NCBI RefSeq assembly: GCF_044704955.1
Contig: NC_091994.1
Span: 12,400,001 to 12,464,000, forward strand
Length of the DNA stretch: 64,000 nt
Direction: 5' to 3'
Source: Pristiophorus japonicus
Lineage: Eukaryota
Shown piece after piece: positions 48,692-60,324 of the stretch. The stretch's first letter is position 1. The number at the start of each line of letters is the position of its first letter. Below the pieces are notes generated by a model that did no database searches, was not told the origin of the DNA, and was given only the letters and a program-made list of their open reading frames with translations. Position numbers and translations under genes: made by a program.

Positions 48692-49140
48692 TTCAGCTGT
48701 GGCTCAGTGGGTAGCTCCCTCGCTTCTGAGTCACAAGGTTGTGGGTTCCAGTCCCACTCCAGGGACTTGAGCACATAAATCTAGGCCAACACTACAGTGC
48801 AGTGCCGAGAGAGTGCTGCACTGTCAGAGGTGCAGTCTTTCGGATGAGACGATAAACCAAGGCTCCGTCTGCTCTCTCAGGTGGATGTCGAAGAAGAGCG
48901 GAGGGTGTTATCCCCGGTGTCCTAGCCCAATATTTATCCCTCAATCAACATCACCATAACAGGTTATCTGGTCATTATCACATTGCCATTTGTGGGAGCT
49001 TGCTGTGCACAAATTGGCTGCTACCTTTCCTACATTACAAGAGTGACTATGCTTCAAGAATACTTCATTGGCTGTAAAGCACTTTGGGATGTCCGGTGGT
49101 CGTGAAAGGCACTATATAAATGCCAGTCCTACTTTTTTCT
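48692..49140 (+). mobile_element. Deu-type SINE
   Basis: TCAGCTGTGGCTCAGTGGGTAG head, GGTTCCAGTCCC, tail TATATAAATGC. Confidence 0.85.
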
Positions 49141-49733
49141 TTAAATTCTACGATCTTACGCACAATGTACACTATCAAATAAATCCCCAGTTTTAAGTCA
49201 ATAACTTTTTGTTGTGTCTTCAGAGCACAATTGCAAATTAATAACATGGACTGAAGGTCTCTCCTGAAGGCACTGAGTACAGTTCCATAGGCTTTCCGGT
49301 ACCTCCAGCCATTCTTCTTCATGTGTAAGCCAAGTCAGTGTCGGCAGGCTATCCAACATTACAGCCCAGTCCAATTTTGCTCACATAGTGACCCTCCCTA
49401 ACTCAGTGGTGCTGAGGCCAACTGCTGCCCTTGCTGAGATCAATAGTGTGATATATTCACAGAGCACAAGCACACACAGCTTCCTACAGGGCAGGCAGCT
49501 CTCTCGGAAGCCTCTGGAAATCTGCCTGGTTATGTTTAATGATGAACTCTGCAATTGCAGTACACAATACGTCCACATCCACAGTGTGGCGCTGCAAACA
49601 TTACAAGTTGACAGACAGTACACTTCTCCCTCCTTAATAAAGAAGTTATTATAACAAACATCATACATAACTTTCTTGTTTATACATAACACAGGATATA
49701 AACTTTTTTTTTTCCATATTTACAAATTTAACT

Positions 49734-50889
49734 TTACCACTTGTTTTCTGTTTCAAAGAGGTTACCTTCTCGAACAGAACCTTCCAAATATGGTGTTGAT
49801 TTCACACTCATTCGAGGCTCATCCGGAGGAACGTTTTCCTCCACGGAATTTCCTTGCTTTTCATTTGAACTCACTCTAACTTCAGGCTCTTTGTTTTCCT
49901 GACTCGGACTCAGACTTTCATTCTGATTCTCTCCTGGATTTGTTTCCAGTACATTGGATTTAGGATTTGCTACTGGTGTATCAAAACTATCTGATGAGTC
50001 AGAAATAATTGAATCATTCCCACCTTCAACTCCTTCCATGTCTGTTGGTAAAATATGATCAATATGAACAAACCTAACCTGTCCATTATCAAACATCTTT
50101 ACCAAATATGTGTGAGGACCACATATCTTCACCACTCTTCCTGGTAACCACTTTAACCATTTATGGTGATGGTTCTTCACTCTCACCTTCTGGTTTAATT
50201 TCACACTTCTCTCTTTTACTCTACCTCTATCATGATTCTCTTTCTGTCTTAATTGTGTCTCTTCTACGGACTGTGCCAAATTTGGCTTTAACAATGAGAA
50301 TCTGGTTCGAGGCTGTCGTTTGAGAAACAACTCTGCTGGTGTTCTACCAATAGTTGTATGAGGAGTATTTCGATATGTAATCAAAAAATTAGCCAATTTG
50401 TGATCCAATGACAACTGTCATTTCCTTGGATTTGGATCTAGCATTTGTTTTATGAGGGCACATTTTACAACTTGTACAGTGCGCTCTGCTGCACCATTCG
50501 AAGCAGGGTGATATGATGGAACCTTGGTATGTTTCACACCATTTTTACTCGTGAATTGTGCAAATTCTTCTGAACAAAATTGTGGTCCATTATCCGAAAC
50601 AATTTCTTCAGGGAGGCCAAATGAAGAAAATAATTTTTGTAAAATGTCCAATGTTTTACTTGTTGTTATTTTCCACTTTGGGAACACCTCAACCCACTTC
50701 GAATGGCTATCAATCACAATGAACAATTGTTGTCCTTCTAACTCAGCAAAATCAATATGTAGCCCTTTGCCACACCTTGGGAGACCATTTCCATGGCTGT
50801 AATGGTACTGGTGGTGGTTGCTTGCTTACCGATTGACGTGTCGTACACTGACTCACGATGTACTCTATATCTTTATCAAGACCTGGCCA
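49734..50889 (-). pseudogene. Disrupted DDE integrase of the same element
   Basis: WPGLDKDIE, frameshift before HIDFA, IDSHSKW / SDNGPQF / SNGAAER catalytic motifs, stop at 50418. Confidence 0.9.
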
Positions 50890-53865
50890 CTATAAATAAC
50901 TGCGTGCAAAACTTTTGGTCAAGCACATTCCCAGGTGCTGGTCATGGAGGTCTCCTAATAATTTGGACCTGAATTTATTTGGTATAACCACTGTTGCACC
51001 CCACATGATACAATCTTTATCGACTGATAATTCATTCCTATGAATGAAAAATGGATGTGTATCTTTGTCTGTTACCTGGTTTGGCCATCCAATTGCAATA
51101 TACTCATACACCTTTGACATCACTGGGTCACGTTTGGTTGCTCTACCAATCTCTTCAGCTGTGACTGGCAGTTCATCAATGTATGAAAAATAAAACACTT
51201 CTTCCCTATTGGGTGTAACTTGTGATGGGGAAGGCAATCTCGACATTGCATCAGCATTACTGTGATCAGCTGATCGTCTGTATTCAATATCATATGTATA
51301 TGCTGACAAAATCAAAGCCCATCTCTGCATTCGGGCTGCAGCTAATGTTGGAACTGGGGACTTTGGATGGAGGATTGCTGCTAGGGGCTTATGGTCCGTA
51401 ATGATGGTAAACTTACGACCATACAAGTATTTGTGAAACTTCTTGACCCCAAAAATTAATGCCAAAGCTTCCCTTTCAATTTGCGCATAATTACTCTCAC
51501 TGGCACTGAGAGTGCGTGAAGCAAAAGCAATTGGTCTCTCCTCCCCACTACTTAATACCTGAGAGAGTACTGCCCCAACTCCATACGGAGAGGCATCATA
51601 TGCTAGCTTAATCTCCTTAGATATGTCATAGTGAACTAACACGGTGCTCTCTACCAATTTGCTTTTATACTCCTCGAATGCTGTATCGCATTCTTTTGAC
51701 CACTTCCAATGAACCTGTTTTTTCAAAAGTTCATTCAGTGGATATAATACTGTAGCCAAATTTGGTAGGAACTTCCCATAATAGTTCAAAAGACCCAAGA
51801 ATGAACGAAGTTCAGTGACATTCCTGGGAGTGGGTGCATTTCTAATTGCATCGAATTTTTCCATGGTTGGATGTAAGCCATCTTTGTCTACTCTGTACCC
51901 TAAGTACTCCACTGAGTTTTTAAATAACTCACACTTACGAGCAGACACTCTTACTCTGTGCTTCTCTAGCCGTTTGAGGACTTCATTCAATATGTTATTA
52001 TGAATTTGCCTATTTGGTGCTGAAATTAGTATGTCATCCAAATAACATACTATCCCTTCAATACCTTGCAAAATCTGGTTCATCACCCCTTGGAATATGG
52101 CAGGGGCGGAAGACACTCCAAACAGTAGCCTATTAAATTGATATAGGCCTAGATGAGTAATTATAGTAAAACATGACTTGGACTCCTCATCTAGTTCAAG
52201 CTGTAAGTAGGCATTCATAAGATCCAGTTTTGAGAAGATCTGACCACCTGTCAGTGTTGTGAACAAATCTTCTATATTCGGCAATGTATTGGGGACATTA
52301 CCCTCTAGAACCTGGTTTACGGTTACTTTATAATCACCACACAATCTTACTTTACCATCGGACTTAGGTACAACCACAATGGGTGTAGCCCAATTACATC
52401 GCTCGATCTTACAAATAATGTTCTCAGTCTCTAGTCTTTTGAGTTCTTGCTCAACTTTCTCCTTGAGTGCATATGGTATGGAACGTGGCATGTAGTAAAC
52501 CGATCTAGCGTCCTTCTGTACCCTGACACTCGCCTTGAAGCCTTGGATCGGACTGCCCGTTTTGCAGAACACCTTCGGATACTTCTTGATAACCTCATAC
52601 GTTGATGAAAATCTCGCTTCCGCACAGAAAATCTTACTCCAATCCAGCTTCAGTGAGCTCAACCAATTTCTTCCTAGTAAGGCAGACTTGTCTACTTTCA
52701 CTACTATTAGAGGCAAGTTCTGAAATTGATCTTTATATTTCACCGGTATGGTGATACGACCTACCACAGGAATTTTCTCTCCTGAGTAGCCTCGCAGCTC
52801 TATCTTGGATTTCTCCAGTTGAAAATCACGCAATTTGTCGTGGTATAGTGACTCCAGTACTATACTCATGGATGCACCCGTGTCAATTTCCATTGGTATC
52901 TTGAATCCCGCAACATCTATGTGGATTTTGGTGTTTTCCGAATCGCTGTCCGTTAACCTCGTGCTCCTGATGACGTGTAACTCTAACATCTCCTCGGCCT
53001 GTTGTTGTTCTTCCATGCTATGTAGTCTCTTGAGATTTCTACTCATAGCTTTGAACGCTAGACTCATAGCTTTGGAAGCTGGTTTACCCTTCAGTCGGCA
53101 TGCCTTCGCAAGATGCCCAGTCTTCCTGCAGAAGAAACACTCTGCCTTCACGTATGGACAACTTTGAGCAATGTGTTGTCCCAGGCACCTATAGCATGAC
53201 TTCGGCGCTCTGTTAGAATTTCCAGTTTCTGAGACTTTGGGCCCCCACCGTCTTTTACTTTGAACCTGCAGGTGATTTACCTTAGTTGACTGACAACCGT
53301 AATTATTATTTAATTCTCGGGAATATTGTTCGGCCATGCCCATCGACCTCGCTGTCTGACAAGCAATCTCAAAAGTCAAGTCATCCGTCGTCAATAACTT
53401 CCTTCTGATCGCATCATTTTTCACCCCACAAACAAAGCAATCCTGTAATACTCGGTTTTGAAAGTTTCCAAAATTACAGTGCATCGATAGCTTTTTTAAT
53501 GCTATGATGTAATCACTGATACATTCATCAGTCTTTTGATTCTGAATCCTGAAACGATAGCTTTCAGCAATTTCTAACGGTTTGGGGTTATAGTGCTGCT
53601 CCAGCTTCGTTAAAATCTCTTTAAGCGCTGTGTCCTTTGGCTCGTCAGGCACAAGCAGATTTACAAGAGTGTCATATAATGCCGGACCTGCCTCCAATAA
53701 GAAGATCGCTCTCTTATGTTCCAACACAGCCCGGTTCTGGACTGCATTGTCTGGAACTTCGATTATGTTATTTGCAATGAAATATATTTCTAGCCGATCC
53801 ACATACGCTTTAAAATGTTCCCGGTCGTGTCTATATTCCCCCAAATGTCCGATTGCACCTGCCAT
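50890..53865 (-). CDS. Gypsy gag-pol polyprotein (Gag, 2 Zn knuckles, protease, RT, RNase H, integrase Zn-finger start), 991 aa from the first ATG
   Basis: CYRCLGQH, CFFCRKTGHLAKAC, EIDTGAS, LCGDYK, YLDD, DASPYGVGAVL, TDHKPL; ends at a premature TAG (YL*WP). Confidence 0.92.
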   Translation of the reverse strand: MAGAIGHLGEYRHDREHFKAYVDRLEIYFIANNIIEVPDNAVQNRAVLEHKRAIFLLEAGPALYDTLVNLLVPDEPKDTALKEILTKLEQHYNPKPLEIAESYRFRIQNQKTDECISDYIIALKKLSMHCNFGNFQNRVLQDCFVCGVKNDAIRRKLLTTDDLTFEIACQTARSMGMAEQYSRELNNNYGCQSTKVNHLQVQSKRRWGPKVSETGNSNRAPKSCYRCLGQHIAQSCPYVKAECFFCRKTGHLAKACRLKGKPASKAMSLAFKAMSRNLKRLHSMEEQQQAEEMLELHVIRSTRLTDSDSENTKIHIDVAGFKIPMEIDTGASMSIVLESLYHDKLRDFQLEKSKIELRGYSGEKIPVVGRITIPVKYKDQFQNLPLIVVKVDKSALLGRNWLSSLKLDWSKIFCAEARFSSTYEVIKKYPKVFCKTGSPIQGFKASVRVQKDARSVYYMPRSIPYALKEKVEQELKRLETENIICKIERCNWATPIVVVPKSDGKVRLCGDYKVTVNQVLEGNVPNTLPNIEDLFTTLTGGQIFSKLDLMNAYLQLELDEESKSCFTIITHLGLYQFNRLLFGVSSAPAIFQGVMNQILQGIEGIVCYLDDILISAPNRQIHNNILNEVLKRLEKHRVRVSARKCELFKNSVEYLGYRVDKDGLHPTMEKFDAIRNAPTPRNVTELRSFLGLLNYYGKFLPNLATVLYPLNELLKKQVHWKWSKECDTAFEEYKSKLVESTVLVHYDISKEIKLAYDASPYGVGAVLSQVLSSGEERPIAFASRTLSASESNYAQIEREALALIFGVKKFHKYLYGRKFTIITDHKPLAAILHPKSPVPTLAAARMQRWALILSAYTYDIEYRRSADHSNADAMSRLPSPSQVTPNREEVFYFSYIDELPVTAEEIGRATKRDPVMSKVYEYIAIGWPNQVTDKDTHPFFIHRNELSVDKDCIMWGATVVIPNKFRSKLLGDLHDQHLGMCLTKSFARSYL

Positions 53866-55954
53866 TTTAATCTCTAGCTGTCCACACCATGTGCTGCATT
53901 TTACCTCGGATTTTGTAGCTTTTTTTCCAAAGATAGAAACTTCCAAAGTCTCTCTGTCGGCTGGCTGAATCCTTCACCAACAAAATTTAAGCTTTAAATC
54001 ATCCGAAAAATCCCACCTCAATCGCCAAATGTGATATATTCACAGAGCACAGCACACACAGCTTCCTACAGGGCAGACAGCTCTCTCAGAAGCCTCCGGA
54101 AATCTGCCTGGTTCTGTTTAATGATTAACTCTGCAGTTGCAGTACACAATACGTCTACATCCACAGTGTGGAGCTACAAACATTACAAGCTTACAGACAT
54201 TACAAATTGCAACACCAACTTTGTTCCTTTAACATTGAAAAACACCCTGCGCTGTTTCCCAGAGGCACGAGGAAAACGAATGGCGAGATTAGGAAGGGTG
54301 ATTAAAAGCTTGGTCAAAGAGGTGGATGTTAAGTAGGAGAGAGAGAGAGAGTTGGAGAGGTGGAAGAGGTTAGGGAGGGAATTCCAGAGATTGGGACCTA
54401 GGCGGCTGAAGGCACATTTTCAATAGTCAGGCAAATGGAAGGAGCACAGGGCGGGGGGATGGTTTGCACAAGAGGCCAGAATCAGATCAGCATAAACCAG
54501 GGATTGAATCTGCGACCTTCCCGATCTGTGACTTAGTAACGCACGGGACAGTGGATTTACCAACAGAATCACTGGAAGCAAGAAACAGTTCAGATTCATG
54601 AAAATACCCTGAGCATTTGTGACTATTTTTATGCAGGCAATCCTGGCAGCCATTCTGCACATAGTAAAATCCCACAAACAGCACCGAGATGGCTGAACAC
54701 GTTATCTGTTTTTGGTACGGTTGGTTGAGAGAGGAACAGCGAACAGGACACAGAGGAAAACTCCGAGCTCTTCTTTGATTCAGGTCATGGGACCGGCAGC
54801 ATACCATCTGAACCCGCTAGGTTTAATGTCTCAGGACACAAGCTGCAATAATGCAGCACTTACTGAATTGTCAGCTTAGATTATAAATTCCACGTACTGA
54901 CACGGGGCTTGAAGCCAGCACCTGATGGCCCAGAAGCGAGAGAGCTACCACCTGAGCCTAGCTGCCACACTCGGAGGAACTTGGACCCCTTTATCTATTG
55001 AGTTTCAATTATTTTGTTGTGTCCAGTCACATAGCAGTAGGAGTTATTCCGGAGGAAATAATGTTTTAAAAAGAACTTAAGCATCATGTTTAGATGAAGT
55101 GTATTGAGAGAGAATATAAAGTTTTACGCTCCATTTACCTGTCTTACTAATCTCCTGCTTCTACCAGTTGCCTGTAGCTATCTTATTGTCTGTTTGCTTA
55201 TTCAGGTCTAGGTACTATTGAATTAAACTGGAAACAGATTGGTTTTGAGAACACTGGCTGCAAAAGCAGACACTGTTTCACAGTGCTGGCCAGAAGCCAG
55301 ACAGACGAGAAATGGCAGATGTAAATAGCTGTAAGGAAAAGCTGAAAATGTACATTGACTAATCTCTCACTGTAATTATTTTCAAAATTTCCTGCTCTAA
55401 TTTTCTCTCCATCCTCCCCGCCCCATTCTTCTACTTCAAGCACTGACTCCCTCACTGAGACATGGTTCTGGGGCAATGGGCACCCTCTAGTACCTGGCTG
55501 TTGGGATCAGCATTCATGTGTCAGGTTTGACAGTGAGTGCCAACAAGCTATGCCAGCACGCTGAGCCCAATCCGGTCCTCACTCACACAGTAGGCATCAG
55601 CCGGTCACCGCTCCGGCGGAGATCAGTTGGCACAATGATGCTATCAAATACAAAATGAACCCCGTTCACCACAGGGTGGTTGTTTGTCAGTTTGCACAGG
55701 ATATGCACACATTAATATTATCAAGGCAATAACGAAACCTTTCAATTAAATGTAATGGGGTATAGTTAGTGCCGGCGATAAGGGTGCACGAAAGGGTTTT
55801 CGCTCGGGCACTACGCACAGAGCGCTCCCCTTGGAATTGACCACGAGGGTCGGCGGGTGAAAAGGGTTTTGTGCACCCTCATCACCACCGCCCTGCGCAC
55901 CGACCCCTTTGCACCCCGCGAGAAATTCAGGGGGAAGGAAGGAAGGAAGGAAGC

Positions 55955-56236
55955 TTTTTTGAAGTCTAATCAGTGTTGTAATGTAAGAAATGGTGCAGCC
56001 AATTTGCGCACAGCAAGGTCCCACATATAGCAATGTGATAATGACCAGATAATCTGTCATCTAGTGATGTTGGTTGAGGAACAAATATTGGGCAGGAAAC
56101 CGGGGATAACTCCCCTGCTCTTCTTCGAATAGTGCTATGGGATCTTTCCACCTGAAAGGGCAGATGGGGCCTCAGTTTAAAGTCTTATCCGAAAGACGGC
56201 ACCTCCGACGGTGCAGCACTCCCTCAGTACTGCGCT
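55955..56236 (-). mobile_element. Deu-type SINE fragment (older copy at ~54590-54968)
   Basis: GCAGCCAATTTGCGCACAGCAAG..CCCAC..ATAATCTG..GGGGATAACTCCCCTGCTCTTCTTCGAATAGTGC block. Confidence 0.8.
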
Positions 56237-58069
56237 GAAGAACGGTCACTTGGTGTGAGGTCGGAGGGAGGCTGGTAGCTGTGGAGCTGTACCCAGCTGA
56301 ACGGCATTGCCTTCAGACAGGGAGGAGAGAAAAGGGCAGAAAAAAGTTGACATTTTGCCTGGATTTCTTGTCATATCTGAAGGTTGAAGAGCCCAGTTCA
56401 CTAATAAAATGTCCTACTCCACAAGTACTCAGATACAATCTGTTAATTAGGTTAAGAAATAACCAGACAGCTTGGTGCTTTGGAGTATGGCACAGTTGAC
56501 AACTGTATGAACAGAGCCTGCCTTGTTGGTCTTAACATATTTGGGCATATTTTATGGTATTCCCGCACCATGTGCGAGCTTTGCACGTCGGGAGTGCATA
56601 TCAGGAATCCGGAGTGTAGGTCGGCGAATAGGATTTAGAAGGATTGCAAATCCATAAAATCCACCCTATTGTGTACAAGCCATAGCAATAAAAGAATGTC
56701 ACAGCCATTATAAAATACTACATGCTGCAACCCACTGTGAGCAACACCAGGCGAGAGACACTGATAGCCATTAAAATTTCTATGGCAAGCTGAACTGTCT
56801 GAGAAAAATATCGTATCTGGATTTTTTTTTGGAAGGGATATTGAGGTGATTTAATGAGGATGGAAGAGTCAATAGGATCGACGGTCTGAGAAAAATCAAT
56901 GGCACAAAGTGAAATAGATGTTTCAGATTTGTCAGTTGCTCTATATAAAAATCCATTAAGCTAACCGAGAGTGACACATAGATGGGCCACATAGGCTACA
57001 TCAACTGGCTGGGATAAACCATAGTAGATATATTGGTAATGTGTCACTAAGCCAGAAAATGGACAAGAAAAGTTCCAAAATATGAGTGTAATGGAAATAG
57101 CAGGAAGTACCTAGAGTTTGAATGGAAATTTGCTCAGAACCTGTCGAAATCTCGACCTCCGAAAAGAATGACTCCGACACTTACAGCTCCGGCAGAAGTT
57201 TCTTTAATTTGCTTGCTAGCAAGGGGCAGGTTACACTCAGTCAATGGCTAAGTGAACACCTCCGCAATGGTACAGTTTCACGAGATATTTATACAGTAAA
57301 ACCCAAGTTATGGCCTCTCCCTGTGTATTGGCTCTGTCTCGCAGTCAGTGAATACAGATAAAGAGTTAATTACTACATCCTTGTCCTGACATGGTTTCCA
57401 GATATTTCCTTTTGTCAGGGTTATTAGTTGGCCAGCCGGCCATTACTCCATGAGAGTGTGGTAATGAGCTATTACCTGTCTTGCATTGTGTCAGGATTGT
57501 TCAGTTTCCTAGTCAGTTATCTGTTTGCATCAAATGGATGAGGTCTCTACAAGAGATAATGGCTGGTGGTTTGAGTACTTCGAAAAGGGTGGGGTGGCAT
57601 GGAACTTGTGTCGTGTAGACAATAGGAGAGCACCATGGGGGGTATTTGTCTCAGCATGACTTGTCTCCTAGCTGTCTGATGGCCATCAGCCATCTCAAAT
57701 CAGGTTTAGCTGTTTATGCAAGCTGACTGCTTTTATGCAGAAAGTTCTGGAAGGACCAGGACTCCATTTTGTTATATATATATTGCAAAGGGCACACAAA
57801 TACCGTATGGTATCAGCTTAGATAAAAATACATTTCCACAAACCTAAGGATAAGAGCCTAGACGTTTCCATGTACACTTCAGTCCTGGGAAACAAATAAT
57901 TTGAATGACTTTTTGCTATCACCAGTTTTCTCTGTCAACACTCCCTTGCCCCACTGAAGGCATTGATTTCCTGCTGGGGCACGGTTGCCCTCTGATATGT
58001 TCCCAAAGTTCCCACTATTCTGAGCCCAGTGATGACTGCAGATTATCTGACCATGAGGGGAGGGAGAAT

Positions 58070-59765
58070 AAACATAGAAACAGAGAAATTTACAGTGCAG
58101 AAGGAAGCCATTTCGGCCCATCGTGTCCGCGCCGGCTGACAAAGAGCCACACGGCCCTCGGTCAGCAGCCCTGAAGGTTACATATAAACCTATGAACAAT
58201 GAACAATGGTGGATAGGTAAAGAGCATGCGGCCCAACCAGCCCACCCCACACAACTGCGATACCCCATCTATCGCAACATTTTACACTCAATCCCACCCA
58301 GAGCCATGCGATCTGGGAGAGGCAAAAAATCAGATAAAAATCCAGGCCAATCGGGGAAAAAAATCTGGGAAAATTCCTCTCTGACGATCGAAACTAGTCT
58401 AGGAGACCACTCTGGCTGTATTAGATTCCCTGAAGTACTTACCATTATATCTGCGCCAGCCAACAAGAGGTTATCCAGTCTAATCCCTCTTACCAGCTCT
58501 AGGTCTGTAACCCTGTAGGTTACGGCACCAAGTGCCCATCCAAGCACCTTTTAAATGTATTGAGGGTTTCCGCATCTACCACCCTTCCAGGCAGTGAGTT
58601 CCAGACCTCCACAACCCTCTGCGTGAAGAAGCTTCCCCTCAAATCCCTTCTAAACCTTCCACCAGCAACCTTAAACCAATGCCCCCTCATAATTGACCCA
58701 TCCACCAAAGAAAATAGGCCCTTGCTACCCACTATATCCAGGCCCCTCAAAATTTTAAACACCTCAATGAAGTCTCCCCTCAGCCTCCTTTGTTCTAAGG
58801 AGAACAAACCCAGTCTATCCAATCTGTCCTCATAGCTAAGATTCCCCATTCCAGGCAGCATCCTCGTAAATCTCCTCCACACCCTCTCCAGTGCTATCAC
58901 GTCCTTCCTATAATACGGTGACCAGAACTGCACGCAGTATTCCAGCTGTGGCATAACCAGTGTATTATACAATTTAAGCATAACCTCCCTGCTCTTGTAT
59001 TCTATACCCCGGCCAATAAAGACAAACATTCCACATGTCTTCTTAACCACCTTATCCACCTGGCCTGCTACTTTCAGGGATCTGTGGTCAAGCACTCCAA
59101 GGTCCCTTTGTTCATCTACACTTCTAAGTGGCCTACCATTTAATGTGTTTACCCTTTCCTTATTAGCCCCCCCCCCCCCCCCCACCAAGTGCATTACGTC
59201 ACACTTCTCCGAATTAAATTCCATTTGTCACTGTTCTGCCCACCTGACCAGTAGATTGATATCCTCCTGCAGTCCATGACTTCCTTCTTCATTATCAACC
59301 ACACAGCCAATTTTAGTATCATCTGCAAACTTTTTAATCATACCCCCATATTCAAATCTAGATCATTGATGTATACCACAAAAAGCAAGGGACCCAGTAC
59401 TGAGCCCTGTGGAACCCCACTGGAAACATCCTTCCAGTCACAAAAACATCCATCAACCATTACCCTTTGCTTCCTACCTCTAAGTCAATTTTGGATCCAA
59501 CTTGCCACTTTGCCCTGGATCCCAAGGGCTTTTACCTTTGTGACCAGTCTGCCATGTGGGACCTTATCAAAAGCTTTGCTAAGGTCCATGTACACTACAT
59601 CGTATGCACTACCCTCATTGACCCGCCTGGTTACCTCCTTGAAAAATTCAATCAGGTTAGTCAAACATGATCTTCCCTTAACAAATCTGTGCTGACTGTC
59701 CCTAATTAATGCTTGCCTTTCTAAATGTAGATTTATCCTGTCCTTCAGGATTTTTTCCAATAACA
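58070..59765 (-). mobile_element. 5'-truncated CR1 with long 3' UTR
   Basis: YMDLSKAFDKV, LEYCVQFWSP, FFTQRVVEVWNSLP; about 450 bp of UTR from the stop (58520) to the TTTCT.TGTTTCTATG tail. Confidence 0.92.
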
Positions 59766-59892
59766 CAACTAAGGACAACCTTTTCGGCAGAGGTTTTTTC
59801 AATAGTGAGAGCTCTGTTTAAACTTTATTTTCCTAAGCTAAAAGCATTCAGGTCAATTGTATCATCCTTGTCACTATCGTGGTTGTGATAGG

Positions 59893-60322
59893 AACATAAG
59901 ATAAGAACATAAGAATTAGGAGCCATAGGGCCCTTCGAGCCGACTCCACCATTCAATAAGATCATGGCTGATCTTCGACTTCAACTCCAATTACCCGCCC
60001 GATCCCCATATCCCTTGATTCCCCGATAATCCAAAAATCTATCTATCTCAGCCTTTAATATACGCAACGACTCAGCATCCACAGCCCTTCGGGGTAGAGA
60101 ATTCCAAAGATTGATAACCTTCTGAGTGAAGAAATTACTCCTCATATCAGTATTAAATGGCCTACCCCTTATCCTAAGACTGTGCCCTCGAATTCTAGAT
60201 TCTCCAGCCAGGGGAAACAACCTCTCAACAGTTACCCTGTCAATCCCCTTCAGAATCTTAGATGTTTCAATGAGATCACCTCTCATTCTAAACTGCAGAG
60301 AGTATCGGCCCAATCTACTCAA
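59893..60322 (-). mobile_element. CR1 3' fragment
   Basis: RMRGDLIET..FFTQKVINLWNSLP; (TTCTTATG)n tail. Confidence 0.88.
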
Positions 60323-60324
60323 AT

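Larger units (their letters stand above)
49447..54204 (-). mobile_element. Full-length Ty3/Gypsy (Mag-like) LTR retrotransposon
   Basis: LTRs 54030-54204 and 49447-49622 (about 13 differences by eye), PBS TGGCGATTGAGGTGGGAT, PPT AAGGAGGGAGAAG (49623-49635), TSD AATAG/AATTG. Confidence 0.96.

Noticed and set aside
6686-49140. tRNA-like A/B box motifs (e.g. 7748-7805, 48699-48755)
   Set aside because: They are SINE heads continuing into the SINE body; no complete cloverleaf, so not called tRNA genes
9349-55952. Simple repeats: G-run 9349-9364, (CAT)n 22118-22141, (GA)n ~54338-54350, (GGAA)n 55933-55952
   Set aside because: Ordinary microsatellites or retroelement tails
12026-59695. Many antisense ORFs over CR1, L2 and Gypsy copies (e.g. 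12584-12988, 19141-19533, 31217-31609, 59276-59695)
   Set aside because: Shadow frames of retroelement coding sequence, repeated in each copy
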